This document shows, piece after piece, positions 39,830 to 55,183 of a stretch of 64,000 nt of DNA (position 1 is the first letter of the stretch; the number at the start of each line of letters is the position of its first letter). The DNA is from the human T2T-CHM13v2.0 reference genome, Homo sapiens. Made by a program: the position numbers and the translations under genes. The stretch lies in NCBI RefSeq assembly GCF_009914755.1, contig NC_060926.1. One strand, 5' to 3'. The notes beneath the pieces were generated by a model. That model had not been told where the DNA came from. It saw only the letters and a list, made by a program, of their open reading frames with translations, and made no database searches.

Positions 39830-41795
39830 CCCTAAGTGACCACAAGACTGGCTGTCCGTGAGAGCGGCTCACTAAGCTCATTTCACTACAGGGTAAGTGC
39901 TATGATGGAAATGACGCCAAGGAACTTCACTTACAGTCATCTGAAATGTCAGTCCCTCTTCAGACATTGCCAGCCATTTGGGTTTCCATTTTGGTTGAGG
40001 CCACAAAACAAGAGTTATGACCTGGTAAAGGTGAGGTGCAAGAACCCCACGAGGACTTGCAAAGAACGCATATTCAAAAAGCGGTTTAGCGGGAAGTGGA
40101 GGTCAGGGAGGAGGGGACGGGGGTTTCCTTGGAAAACGTCACTGGGGTGCTGGCAGCTCTTCTTTTTACCAGAAGTCAAAAACAAGGGATGTTCAGGTGA
40201 CGACTGGAGAGCTGCAGTTTGGGCACAGTAGGCAGACGTCTGAGTGACACCTGAGGAACAGGAAGGATGAGAGAGGCTGCTGGCTGCTCTGTCATGGGGA
40301 GTTCCGCGGCACTCAGAGCATACTGGGACGAAAGAGGTTGATGTGGGTTCCTCATAGCTCCTGCCTCAGAAGGCCTCCTGCAGAGGCTAGAGGACATCAC
40401 CTGGGGAAGACAGACACATGGCTGGACGCCTGGGGGCTACGGAGAGAGTTGTAAGCAATGAGCCAGAGAGCAGCGTTAGAATGGTCAAGGGAAGTTGGAG
40501 CTAGAGAGCCGCTGTACCGAAATGCCAGATTCCACCACCTGCCAGCCCAAGTGCCCAACCAACATCGGATCAGCGTGTCAGAATCCCTCCCCCCGGCCCT
40601 GCCCCACACACCTCTCCTCCCTCCACCCTCACCCCAGAGCACAGGGGTGACAAGGTGGCGGACAAAGGCAAGGGGATCCTGGAGGAAGGAGAGAAGCAGC
40701 TCCACTCCCACCCACCTCCAGGAGGCCAGTGTGTCAGGCTGGGGATGGAGAGGCATGCCTATTAATGAAAGTTTTACTCATTACACTGAACGGAACACAT
40801 TTATGCAGAACTGGGTCTGTCTTGTATGACTTAAGGGAACCAGAGTACTTTTTATTACCTAAGGGTGATAAGAAAAGTCATGGGGAAATGCCCTGAAATT
40901 CACAAAGGGCTAGGCAAAGAATTGGCCCCCAGCGTGGATTTGGAGTCAAGGGGAGACAAAAATTGCATAGCATTATCATTACACTGCTATGATTACATAT
41001 ATTCCATGATGGTTACACTGGAAACATGCCACCCCTGCCTGCATGAGGCTCCTTGTCCTAGCAACCATTCCAGTTTATTCCAGGTTTGCAACCCAGGAGC
41101 ACTTGACTTCTGCCTTGAGTGCCTCCCTCAACTTGCAGACAGCCCACTGGGCCTTCCTCGGCCTGCACCCTTAAGCATGTCAGGAGAGACAGGCAGCTGC
41201 TGGGGCATTGCCATTGGAAGCAGCTGCCAGGAAGGGCACCTGTGCGTTTGTGCTTGAAACCTGATCTGTAACAAAAATGGATTCTGTGCACATCTAGTGT
41301 GCTCACCCAGCCCGGAGCACAGCAGCCATCTTGGTAGGGACCACAGCAGCCATGTTGGTAGGGACCACAATGTGTTTACTCCGCCAGCCTTCCAAATCAG
41401 GCACTCATGTTGCCAATGGTAGTAGGAGGGTGCAACCTCTGTGGAAGGCAGCTTGAGGAATTAAATAATGCCTTTGAATCAGCATTTCAACTTGTAGGAA
41501 TGTATCCCAAGACAAACTCTTATTAATGCACAAAAACCCATGTACAAGACTATTCATCAGAATACAGTTTGTAATAGCAAAACACTCTGGGAGCAGCCTC
41601 AATAGCCATCAATAGGGTGCTGGTTGGATAAAATGAGATAACATTTGGTAAATCCACACAATGGAACGCTGCAGTCATAAAGAAGCTTTAGACGCCTCTC
41701 TGTGCAAAGCCACAAAACAACCTCCAAGGTGCACTGCTCATTGTAAACGTGCTCCTCTCTGCTGGCCCTTCTGCTGCGCTGGGCCCACCAGCTGA

Positions 41796-42246
<451 letters not shown>

Positions 42247-42729
42247 TCAGGTTTGTTTTGATGCCTTTTTATGGGGTTCCCAACTGCAGGGATCCCATAG
42301 TGGGGCACCCCCTCACCCCTCCTTCTTCTCTGACTGGCCCTCAACTTCCTCCCCACCCCACTCCCAGCTCTAGCACTGACCGGGAAGGGGTGATTGTGTG
42401 CAGCCCACCCATCTTAGAGGCTGACTGAGCAGTACAGGCCCACATTTCCCTCCACACCAAGGTCTCAACCTCACAGCGCCCCAAAGCCTTTCTTCCAGCC
42501 CTGCTCAGAAGTTAATCACTTAGGCATCTCGCCACAGGCTCTGTGGAGTCATCGAGTTTGAAGTCAGGAAAAATCCCAAAGGTGGCACCTATCAGCTCTC
42601 CCAGCAACTCCAGACCTTCTCAGACCCTGGTTTCGGACACTCAGCCAACACCTCTGACTGTGCCTCTGCCCTGGGTCCCACACCCTCTTCCTGGCACCGG
42701 CATCCACTCCTGAGTTAATATGCCCATTG

Positions 42730-44070
<1,341 letters not shown>

Positions 44071-44944
44071 TGGGAAAAGCCCATCCTTCCTGTTTTCTAA
44101 GCAGCAGCTCCCAGAAGAGGCAGGAGCATTTGATAATGTCCTCGGTAATGATTTCATTATTGATTTCATTAATAAGACATCCTGGTGGGAAGGTGTTCTC
44201 CAGGCTGCCTGGAAAGGGCTTTTGACGCTGACTGGGCTCAGATGGGCAGAGAAGCCATGATCAGCCCCTCTTCCTTGGGCTGTACCAGGGTGTCAGGTTT
44301 GAGGATGTTCCTCCAGCATCCCCCCACGCCCACACTCCCACCTGCTCCAGTGGCAGGGGCTCGGGGGGAAGGCCTTCCAGCCAGTACTCTGATTCAGGGC
44401 ACTGACATCGCACATGGAAGGAGGTGGGGACAGCCTGGAGAGCACATACAAGGCGCCCCTGTCTCCTGCTCCCAACCATGGCTGGTTGCGCTGATGTCCT
44501 CACACTGTTCTTCTCACCACCTACTGCCCAAAAGGAATGATCCTACGAGGTAAATCACAGAGACTTGTTGGCTCAGGTCCAAAAGCTGCCAGGTGGCCAC
44601 CCCAGAACGCCCCAGGCTTATTAGATAGCAGCATTCCAAGCAGGACCCCAAAATGCTCCAGACAGTGCTCCACTGCTGGCGCCTCTTGGAGGGTCATCTG
44701 TTTCTCAGAGGAGAGAGTGTCCCATATCACTCCACAATGTGTCCAAGTCCCCTGACTTCTGTTCTAAGGCATAAAGAGCCTAGGACCCATTGGACAGGTT
44801 GGGGAGTTGGCAGAACTTCTGTGATCTCGTGGAGAAGCCTCCAAACCTGGCCTCCAAGGAAGGCGGTTGCCTCTCCTAAGGGAGTAAAAAAGTGAGAAGG
44901 CCCCCCATGGAAACCCGTCAGCCCCCAGAAGACCTGGGTTTCTT

Positions 44945-45084
44945 TTCTTTCCTTTTCTTCTTCTTCTTCTTTTTCTTTCTTTTTTTCTTTTTCTTTTTTT
45001 TTTTTTTTTTGAGACGGAGTCTTGCTCTGTCGCCCAGGCTGGAGTGCAGTGGCGCGATCTCGGCTCACTGCAAGCTCCGTCTCC
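44945..45084 (-). mobile_element. Severely 5'-truncated AluY with long tail and TSD
   Basis: Only the last ~75 nt of the right arm (gagacggagtcttgctctgtcgccc...gcaagctccgtctcc) plus a ~65-nt T-rich tail; TSD agacctgggtttctt (44930-44944) / agacccgggtttctt (45085-45099). Confidence 0.92.
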
Positions 45085-45179
45085 AGACCCGGGTTTCTTA
45101 CTCCTTCAGTCCACGTGGCCCCTATCCTTCCCTTCTCTTTCTCCCATCCTCCTGATCTCTGGGCATAGAAAGCCCTCTC

Positions 45180-45910
45180 GGGAAGAACACCGCAAATCTT
45201 CCGGTCCTGCAGCCTCACAGCTGCGTCTACTCCGCTGGGGGGCTCGGGGAAAGAGGAGAGTCCCGGAGGACAATGGAAATAACGAAGTGGGTGGATGGCT
45301 AGAGGGTGGAACAGAGTGACAATTCTGGCTCCAGTCCTCAAATTGCTCTGAGCAGGGCATTCAAATTGGATCCCAACTCCAAAAGTGCATTTTAGCAATC
45401 CGCCACCAGGTGGAAGAGTCGAATTAAGAATAGAGTCGCTCCACTGCCGTCCTCCGACAGCAATAGTCGGGACCGCAAAAACCGCGGGACGGAGATCTGA
45501 CCGTAGAGGGAGCAATGCGCTCTCAGCTCAGCGTCATATTTCCTGGAGTATTTTGGCCTTTGCATCCTGCAGCCCTCTTTCTGTACCAAGGGGAATAACC
45601 CAGCATTTATTGAGCATCTACAGCATTTCAGACACAGTGCTGGGCCCCGGACAACTATGAGCAAATTCCATTTGCAGCAGCCCCGCAAAACGGCATTTGG
45701 AAGCCTATTTTGTGGCAGAGGAAGCCAGGCAGAGTAACGCCCCGCTGCTCAGTGGCAGAGGGGGAATCAGAAGCCAGCCGTCTGCATTCGAAGTCCAAGC
45801 TCTGCCCAGCACACTTTGTGCTGCGTCCTAAAAGCACGAAATGGCAGGGACTGCTCGGCTTTCCCCTTCCGTGGTGGCATCAGAAACGCGGCTGCGGCCC
45901 AGCGGCAGAA
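45180..45910. promoter_or_regulatory. Small orphan CpG-rich element with CTCF-like motifs
   Basis: Locally dense CpGs in non-Alu sequence; CCACCTGGTGGCGG on minus at 45400-45413 and weaker ACCGTAGAGGGAGC on plus at 45500-45513. Confidence 0.55.
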
Positions 45911-46732
45911 AGCAGCTAGGAGTGCAGAGGGATAAGCTGAAGCCTCTAAGGGAAAACACCCCAAAACGACAGCTAAATGGCACACTGCAAACAACAAGGC
46001 TCACGTTGCATGTCATTTCAGCACTTCATTTTATCTCCCCGTGGTCTCACCACCCCCTTGCTTCCTCCCATTTTGTGGAAGAGCAAATTGAGCTCCAGAC
46101 TGGTTGAGTTTCTTGGGTAAATGCCTGAAATCTCACACTCAGACTCAAGCCTTCAACCCTAGCATCTGATTCGTAGCCTCAGGACTCTTGTTCTACACAC
46201 TATATTGCTTCCCTTGGCTGCTTACGTCAATGTGGCCATCACTGAGTCCCACTAGAACCTGGTTCCGGGTTAGTGAATTCAGACAGGATGGGTGGCCAGG
46301 CAAGGCAAGAGAGATGGGACAGGGGCTGGGGAAGGGAGGGAGGGGCTTCCCAGAAGAACTGGAGAATTTTGAGGGATCTTCAGTTCCAAGCAGCCCCCAC
46401 TAGGAGAGACTGGTGATTGGCAGGCCTGGATTTTAATTCTGGCAACACCACTTACTAGCTTCTCTTCTCTTTAGTTTTCTTTTTTCTAAGACTTGGGGTG
46501 ATCATCATGGTAGGTATCTCAAGAGATTTTCTCAGGATCAAATGTAAATAAAATGCATTTAATCACTCACACCAATTAAGATGGCTAACATCAAAAAAGT
46601 AGAAAATAACACGAGTTGGCAAGGATGGAAAGAAATTGGAACTGTTGTGCACTGTAGGTGGGAATGTAAAATGGTGCAGTTGCTATGGAAACCATATGGC
46701 TATTCCTCAAAATATTAAACATAGAATTACCG

Positions 46733-47144
<412 letters not shown>

Positions 47145-47570
47145 TTATTCACAATAACCAAAAGGTACAGCAACCAAAGTGCCCATCAACGGATGAGTGG
47201 ATAAATACAATGTGACCTCTCCATACAATGGAATATAATTCAGCCTTGGAAAGAAGGAAATTCTGACACATGCTAGAACATAGACCTTTGAGGCCATTAT
47301 GCTGAGTGAGATAAGGCAGTCCAAAAGGACATATACTGCTGCATTCCACTTATGTGAGGATCCTAAAGTAGTTAACATCATAGAGACAGAAAGTAGAATG
47401 GCAGTTGCTGGGGGCTGGGGAGATGGGGAACTAGGAGTTGCTGTTTAGTGGGTGCAGAGCTTCAGTTTTACAGGATGCAAGAGTTCTGCAGATGGATGGT
47501 GGCGACGGTGGCATAACAATGGGAATGTACTTGATGCCATTGAACTGTACAGTTTAAAATAATTAAAATG

Positions 47571-47868
47571 GGCCGGGCACAGTGGCTCATGCCTGTAAAC
47601 CTAGCACTTTGGGGAGGCCGAGGTGGGTGGATTACTTGAGGTCAGGCGTTCAAAACCTGCCTGGCCAACATGGTGAGACTCCATCTCTACTAAAAATACA
47701 AAAAAATTAGCCGGGTGTGGTGGCGGGCACCTGTGATCCCCACTACTCAGGAGGCTGAGGCAGGAGAATTGCTTGAACCTTGGAGGCAGAGGTTGCAGTG
47801 AGCCAAAATCGCACCACTGCACTCCAGCCTGGGCGACAGAGCCAGACTCCATCTCAAAAAAAAAAAAA
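47571..47868 (+). mobile_element. AluS
   Basis: Full Alu with poly-A tail; TSD-like taaaatgg on both sides. Confidence 0.95.
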
Positions 47869-48009
47869 TAAAATGGTAAATTTTATGTTACATATGTTTT
47901 AACACAATTTTTAAAAATAAAATAATTTTTCACATTAGGAGTAAACAATAAAAGACTGAAGACGATGTCTTTAGTTAAAAAAAATTTAATGGGGGTGACT
48001 TGATTTAGA

Positions 48010-48507
48010 GCCGTTTGTTCTTCCTTTGTATGATTACAAATTCTTTGAGTGATCTCTACCCCTTGGAGCTTGAATCTGGATAGACTTGTGTGACTAATTT
48101 GTCACCCAAATGGTGTGGCAGATATGACACAGAGTGACTTCCAAGCCTGGGTCCATTTGAAAAGTCCATTAGGCTTCTGCTTGTTTGTGGGGTCACTAGC
48201 TTTTGTGTCCCTGAGCTGTCAAGGATGAAGTCTAAACACCCCTCAAGGTGGCCGTGCTGGGAAGATGCCCAAGTGTCACAGGTGGCCCATGGGAAGATGC
48301 TTGGTTCAGCAGCTCCAGCTCAAGTCCTGGCATGGAGTCTTCCCAGCTGAGGTCCGGACAGCATGGAGCAGAGAGGAGCCATCCTCTGCTGGGCCCTGAC
48401 CAACAGGTCTGAAGCCCTGACCAATAGAATCTGTGAGCATGTTAAGAGGGTTGCTCCAAGCTGTGAAGTTTCTGGGTAACGCATTATGCAGCATAGTAAC
48501 TGGAACA
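48010..48507 (+). mobile_element. MaLR LTR (MLT1F/G/H-like)
   Basis: gtgacttccaagcctgggtc...atggagcagagaggagccatcc...aatagaatctgtgagcat...ttatgcagcatagtaactggaaca. Confidence 0.75.
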
Positions 48508-49472
48508 TGTAGGTGGAAATGGGTGTCCCTTTGAAATATCTCAACAGATAGCACGTTTTCTTTCCCCATTCATGTCTTCTGGACTTACCCCCTCTCTTCT
48601 CACTTTCTACAGAGATAGATAAGAAGTAAATTTAAAATCTTTTTTAAGAGTGACCCAGATTGGATTATCAAGAAACATTCTAGAATTCTCTGCTCTGGAA
48701 ACGTCCTTTGAGTCAGTGCTTGGAAATGAAGTTGGCCTTACTCAACTTAAAAGATGCTTTCTGGGGAAAGTTGTGAGTAGATTCAGGGTTCTATAATTAG
48801 AATCTTCTTCTCTCATTGATTCCTGTTCTTGTTTCAGAGCTGTGTTCCGTTCATTTGGCTTTTTCAGGTTATGTTCTGTTGGACAATTACTTCCAGTAGT
48901 TTAAACATCCCTTATCCCTCCCTGGAAGCTAGAAATCTCTCTGAGAGGTGAGGTATGTGTGACTTTGCTGCCAGGCCCACAGGGAGTGCCATGATTGTGA
49001 CTGTGCTGCTCCTGCAAGGGGTCTGGAGGCAGGAGAATTGTGGGCAGGGGCAGGCACAGGGGCTTAACTCCTGCACAGTGGCTGCGTCATCCTGGGCAGG
49101 TCACCGAAGCTTGGCTCCTCCTCCTGGTGTGACAAAAGCCAGGAGGTGGCACACATCGGCTCACTCACAGCACTTGACATCTGGTCATTCACTTGGCAGA
49201 TGTGACTGTTAACACTTAGGCTCCTGATGGGGACAAAGCAGGCCCAAACCTCACCCTTGTCAAGCTTGGGTGCTGGTGGGGCAAGGCAGACAACAGAAAT
49301 CCATTGAGTAAATAAGTATATTCTAGAGGGATTTGTGGCATGAGACGTGCTATGGGAAAAACAAACCGGAGCAAGGCAGGGGCCCAGGCATCCTGGGGGT
49401 GTGGTCACGGCCGACCGCTTACAGAAGGTGATATTTGAGCAAAGACATAAAGGCAGTTGGGAAATTAGCGAC

Positions 49473-49941
49473 TGACAAAGAGTCCTTGCTTAACCAAACT
49501 TCAGTCCAGCTCCTGAACCTTCTCTAGGCCCATTAGTGTACTTCTTTGTAAAATCCAGTTTTAGGAAGAACCCTGCTAACCCAGTTTAGCAAGAACCTTC
49601 ACTTTCAACATATGCTCCCCTTAATATTCAGTAGGTTTCCTCCTCCCCCAGGTGATGTCTGATCACCTCAGCCTGCCTTCATCAAGAATCCTGTTGGCTG
49701 GGTTTAGCCAGGATCCCCCTTACCCTTGAACTTGACTCTTAGTAATTTTCTATCTGCTGACCCCACACGGCCCCTTGGCTGTACAGCCCCACTTGCCTGT
49801 GCTGCTTTTGGAGTTGAACCCAATCCCTCCCCCACTGCAGGGCTCCGTTACATTGGCCCCTCTACCTCTCTCAATGGTCCTGAGTAAAGTCTTCCTTACC
49901 AAGCTTGAAGAAGTGTTGTTAAATAAATTTTTTCCTTAACA
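49473..49941 (+). mobile_element. ERV1 solo LTR (MER31-like) inserted into an L2
   Basis: Starts tgacaaagagtccttgcttaaccaaactt, internal tgtaaaatccagttttaggaagaaccctgctaa, ends aataaattttttccttaaca; L2 sequence continues on both sides. Confidence 0.8.
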
Positions 49942-49971
49942 CCATGCAGAAATCTGTATATTTCCACTAAA

Positions 49972-50590
<619 letters not shown>

Positions 50591-51396
50591 CATGCAATCT
50601 GTTATTTAAAAATTATTATTATGAAGAGTAGTACCAGATGCCTTAGGAAGAGCCTGAACTAATCCTCCAATTCCTCTGCCAGAATCAAGTCTCCCCTGGG
50701 GATTTAACCCTTGCCTTTTCAGTATTAATATTTTATTACAAAGGTAGAATAAAGTCATTTCTAAACTATCGAAGTCTCCTAAAAAAAATCTAAGTTTTAC
50801 ATGGAGCCTGAGAGGGTCTCACTGTCATCTGAACGTCTGGACTCCCAGCCTTGTGGGGAGAGCAGGGGGTCACCTCTCAGCCTCCTTACACTTCTAAGGG
50901 AATTCCGGCGTCCTCACCCTGGGGTGACAGTGGCGGGGGAGCTGGAGCCAGCGTCTAACAGGTCAACATTGGGATCCTGTAGGTTTCAGCCCTCCCTGAA
51001 GTCCTGAGTCTGGCCAGAGGCTATCTTCCCCAGCTCCCTCGGTTAACCTTCTTCTGTGACAGACTTGGGAGTGAAAGCTTCAAAAAGCCCTGAAAACTCC
51101 TTAGGCCTCCTGGGGACAGAATTGGGTCCAAGCTCTGCAGACAGAGCTACTGAGGTCTGGGGCCGTGTGGCACCTCCATACAGGCTGCAACAGGTAAGCT
51201 GGCCACACCACACTGCATGGGCAGCTCCCAGGTGTCCCTGCTTGGGGACTTTGGATTTTAGCCCCCTCATTCAGATGGAAATCTTATGGGAAGGAGGACT
51301 AGACTTTTCCCTAGCAGCCATTAGCACCTCATGTGAATGCAGCATCTCCCAGCGGGTAAGACACACTGGGGCAGGGACTATTTGAGGGCTCTAGAC

Positions 51397-51592
51397 CTGC
51401 ACTGTCCAATAGGGCGGCTACTAGCCACCTGCAGCTATTTATGCTTACTTGTAAACTAATCAAAATTAAATGAGTGTAAAAATTCTACCCTCAGCCCTAC
51501 TCAACAGCCACAGGTGGCAAGTGGCTCACAAGCCGGACAGCCCAAGTATGAGACATTCCTACCATCGCAGAAACTTCTACTGGCCAGCACTG
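51397..51592. mobile_element. MER3/MER33-type hAT-Charlie MITE
   Basis: gcactgtccaatag...ctagccacctgcagcta...acattcctaccatcgcagaaacttctactggccagcactg. Confidence 0.75.
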
Positions 51593-51754
51593 CACCCAGA
51601 GGAGCCCCTGACCATCCTGCAACCTGAGGATGGGATAGGGGGCTGCAAAGGTCCCTTCCCTACCCTGCCTTCCAGCTGCTTCTCCTCCTAGGCTCACCCT
51701 CCCTGAAGGGACAGAAGGTGGCTTTTTTGCCAGATTGGAATCAGCTCTTTCTAA

Positions 51755-51988
51755 CTGAGGGTTTCCCAACCTTGGCACTGTTGGCATTGGGCCCAGATAA
51801 TTATTTGCGGCGAGGACCGTCCCGTGCCCCGTAGGATGTTTTTCCGCATCTGCATCCTCTACTCACTGATGCCAATAGCCTCCCTCTCCTGAGTTGTGAC
51901 AACCAAAAATCTTTCCAGACATTGCCAAATTGCTCTGAGAGGGGAGTGAGGGTGGGAGGAGCAAAATGCTCTGTGTGAGAACCACTGG
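51755..51988 (+). mobile_element. MER20 (hAT-Charlie)
   Basis: tttcccaaccttggcactgttggcattgggcccagataatt...gttgtgacaaccaaaaatctttccagacattgccaaat...gagaaccactg. Confidence 0.9.
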
Positions 51989-54638
51989 TTTAACTACAGG
52001 CCTGTGCTAATACTGAAGACGGAACATCCCTGGAGGGGACAGGGTGCCATTAACATTTGAGGGGAATTAATTGCTCAGTGGGTCTCTCCATGGACCCCAG
52101 TCAGGCCTTGAGGCCAGGGGTCCTTGCTCAGGCCAGCTTTGATGGAGGAGGGGTGGATGCAAAGGGCTTATCACTGGGGAGGGGCTGCTGTGTAGGGGCA
52201 AGGGAGGTGACAGTGGAAGCAACCCACATTCCTGACCTGCTGTGGGACTCTGTGTCCAGCCTTGACAACTTCCGTATGGACTGCTCGCTCACAGCTCACC
52301 AGTAACGGGGTGATGTGGGTAGGGGTGTGAGTGGCACCCCCAGGCCCTGGTGCCTGCAGACCGTGACACATTTTGGAAGAGGAAAGAATGCAGACGGGTG
52401 CCAGGGTACCCAGTGACTTCCCCCTCGAGGGATCGTGGGCAGAAACACTCAAAGTTTCTGACCAACTCTGAATGCCGACCTCATTCTGCTCCTTCCTCTG
52501 CCGTGGCTGGTTCCGTTGCATCATATATTAAAGCAGAGGCGGGGTGAGGTGGTTAATGTGCACCCACAAATAATTCCCAAGTGTCCACTTTCTGCGCATG
52601 CAGAGCCATCATCGGCTGACACCACAATGGACGGTCATAACAGGAGGGCCTGAAGTGACCTGGGGGCCGAGCCACCACTGCGGAGTCGAGGGTGAGTGAG
52701 GAATGGCTCCTTTACAGCCTAACAATTCACGGAGTAATGACCTAACATTGCTCCTCTGGGAACTGGGCCCAAGAAATATATTTTTGCAGGTAACGGCAAA
52801 TAAGAGCCAACTCGGCAAAGAGGAAGACTGAATAAATCTCCCCGCCCCCAGGATAATTCACACATTTTGACAAAAGCAATCTATAAGCACTCTACTGAAT
52901 CTGAAATCCCTGAGATGGGATTGAGAATGGTATTCATTGCCAGACTTATAAAGCCCAACAGATCCCAGGGGAGCCAGAAACCTGTCCCTCCCTACAGACA
53001 ACTCAAAAAGGCACATTCTTCTGCTCCAAGTGGGTGGGGGCCTTCATCTGGGATTTGGGGGTCTCTTAAAGGCCTGCACAAATTTTCCAGCTGAGGCGTG
53101 ATGGGGGACAACTGAAGAGAGCAGTAGAAATAACATCCCTCATCTGGTTTACTGCCAAACTCCTATTCATCCTTCAAAACTCTGCTCATGAGTCATCTCC
53201 TCTGGGAAGCCCTCTGAGCCCTGGCCTTCCTCACTCTGCAGCTGAGTCAATTCTGAATCCACCCTTTACCTCATCAGTTCTCTAGCCTTCAAGGCCATCC
53301 TTCCCTTTAATGCTCAAGGAGTAATGGGCTGAGACCCCAGGAAGGCCAGCCATTGCCTGGTTTCCTGCCCCCGAGTATTTCTGAGGACAGCTTCAGGCCC
53401 AGCTGCTGACACTGTCATTGCTGCTGGCTACATCACACATTGCTGGAGCCACCTTTTCTGTCCTGCCATCTCTCACTCCTCACTGCTCCTCGCCTCCTTG
53501 TCCCACTGCCACAGGTGGCTCCATGATTCCCCAAACATGGCGAGCACCAGATACAAACTTTTCCAGAGGTTTGAGAATGGCAGGAGGGAATTATGGTGCA
53601 GAAGAGAAAAATCTTCAAATTGGACAGGGCCCCTGCTCTATGGCCTGCTGGTCAGGCCCACCCAATAAGCCCACGGGGTGCTCCCCAGGCTGGTTTGCTG
53701 CCCTGCACCGGGGCAGCCAACCACCTGGCCCATATCCTTGGAACCAGGATCCTGCCCTGCCCCACCCCCGGCCCTCTTTCTGCCCGTCAACGGCCATACA
53801 CACTGCCTACCTCATTCCCGGTGACAGGCTCTCCTCCCTTGTTATCAAGTTCACGTTCTTGGACCCAACAGTGCTCCCAGTGAGAATGACCATTTACAGT
53901 TACAAACAGGACAATTGAGCTCAGGGGTGAAAACTTTCAGCTCAGAAATAGGATTTCTGACTTTGATTTTTAAACATTCCCAAAGCAAAGAGCAATCTTT
54001 CCCCAATTAGAATCAGAAGCTGTCGGGATCTGAAAATGGGCCTCTATGGCTTCAAAAACTCAAGGTCCAAGCTTATGCCAGGGATGCGGTCCCCTCTTGG
54101 GGAGTGTATCTATGCTCTCACAGCTGTGTATCAGTCCCTCGGCTAAACTCTACGCCCCTGAGGGCAGGACAGAATTAACAACTATTTATGCATTTGCCAG
54201 ACTCTAAGCACGTTATACAAGTTCACTGGTCTAAGCATGGTGTACATGTTAACGCATTTCCTTTCAAGGAAACCTTATGAGGTAGCTTCTAATATATCCG
54301 CATTTACTGGTGGGGAAACTGAGACACAGAGAAACCAGGTGGCTTGTCCAAGTCACAGGACTAGTGTATGGCCTCGTTTGGCCCCAGAGGCCATGCACTG
54401 AAGCACTCCACCCCCTCCCCCACAGAAGCCTTTATCTCTGCACTCCTGGAATCCATGGGTTCCAGCTGTGGCTCAGAACCTGGGCTTTTCACTTTTCACT
54501 AGGCCAGGCTGAAAGACACCAGGTCTCCAGGATCTCTGCCAAGGTCTCTCGGTGACCCCACAGTGACTCACTGTGCCCCCTTGTAGGTCTGCTCTGTGCC
54601 AGGCCAGGCTCCAGTGTTGTGGGGGAAGGGACAGGTGA

Positions 54639-55183
<545 letters not shown>

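Noticed and set aside
44727-45515. Longest ORF (262 aa, minus)
   Set aside because: Non-ATG start, runs through an Alu fragment and its poly-A tail (KKKKEKE), and has no recognisable domain.
45775-45800. Pol III B-box-like attcgaagtcc
   Set aside because: Lies in MIR-like sequence and is degenerate; no tRNA cloverleaf or A box is visible.
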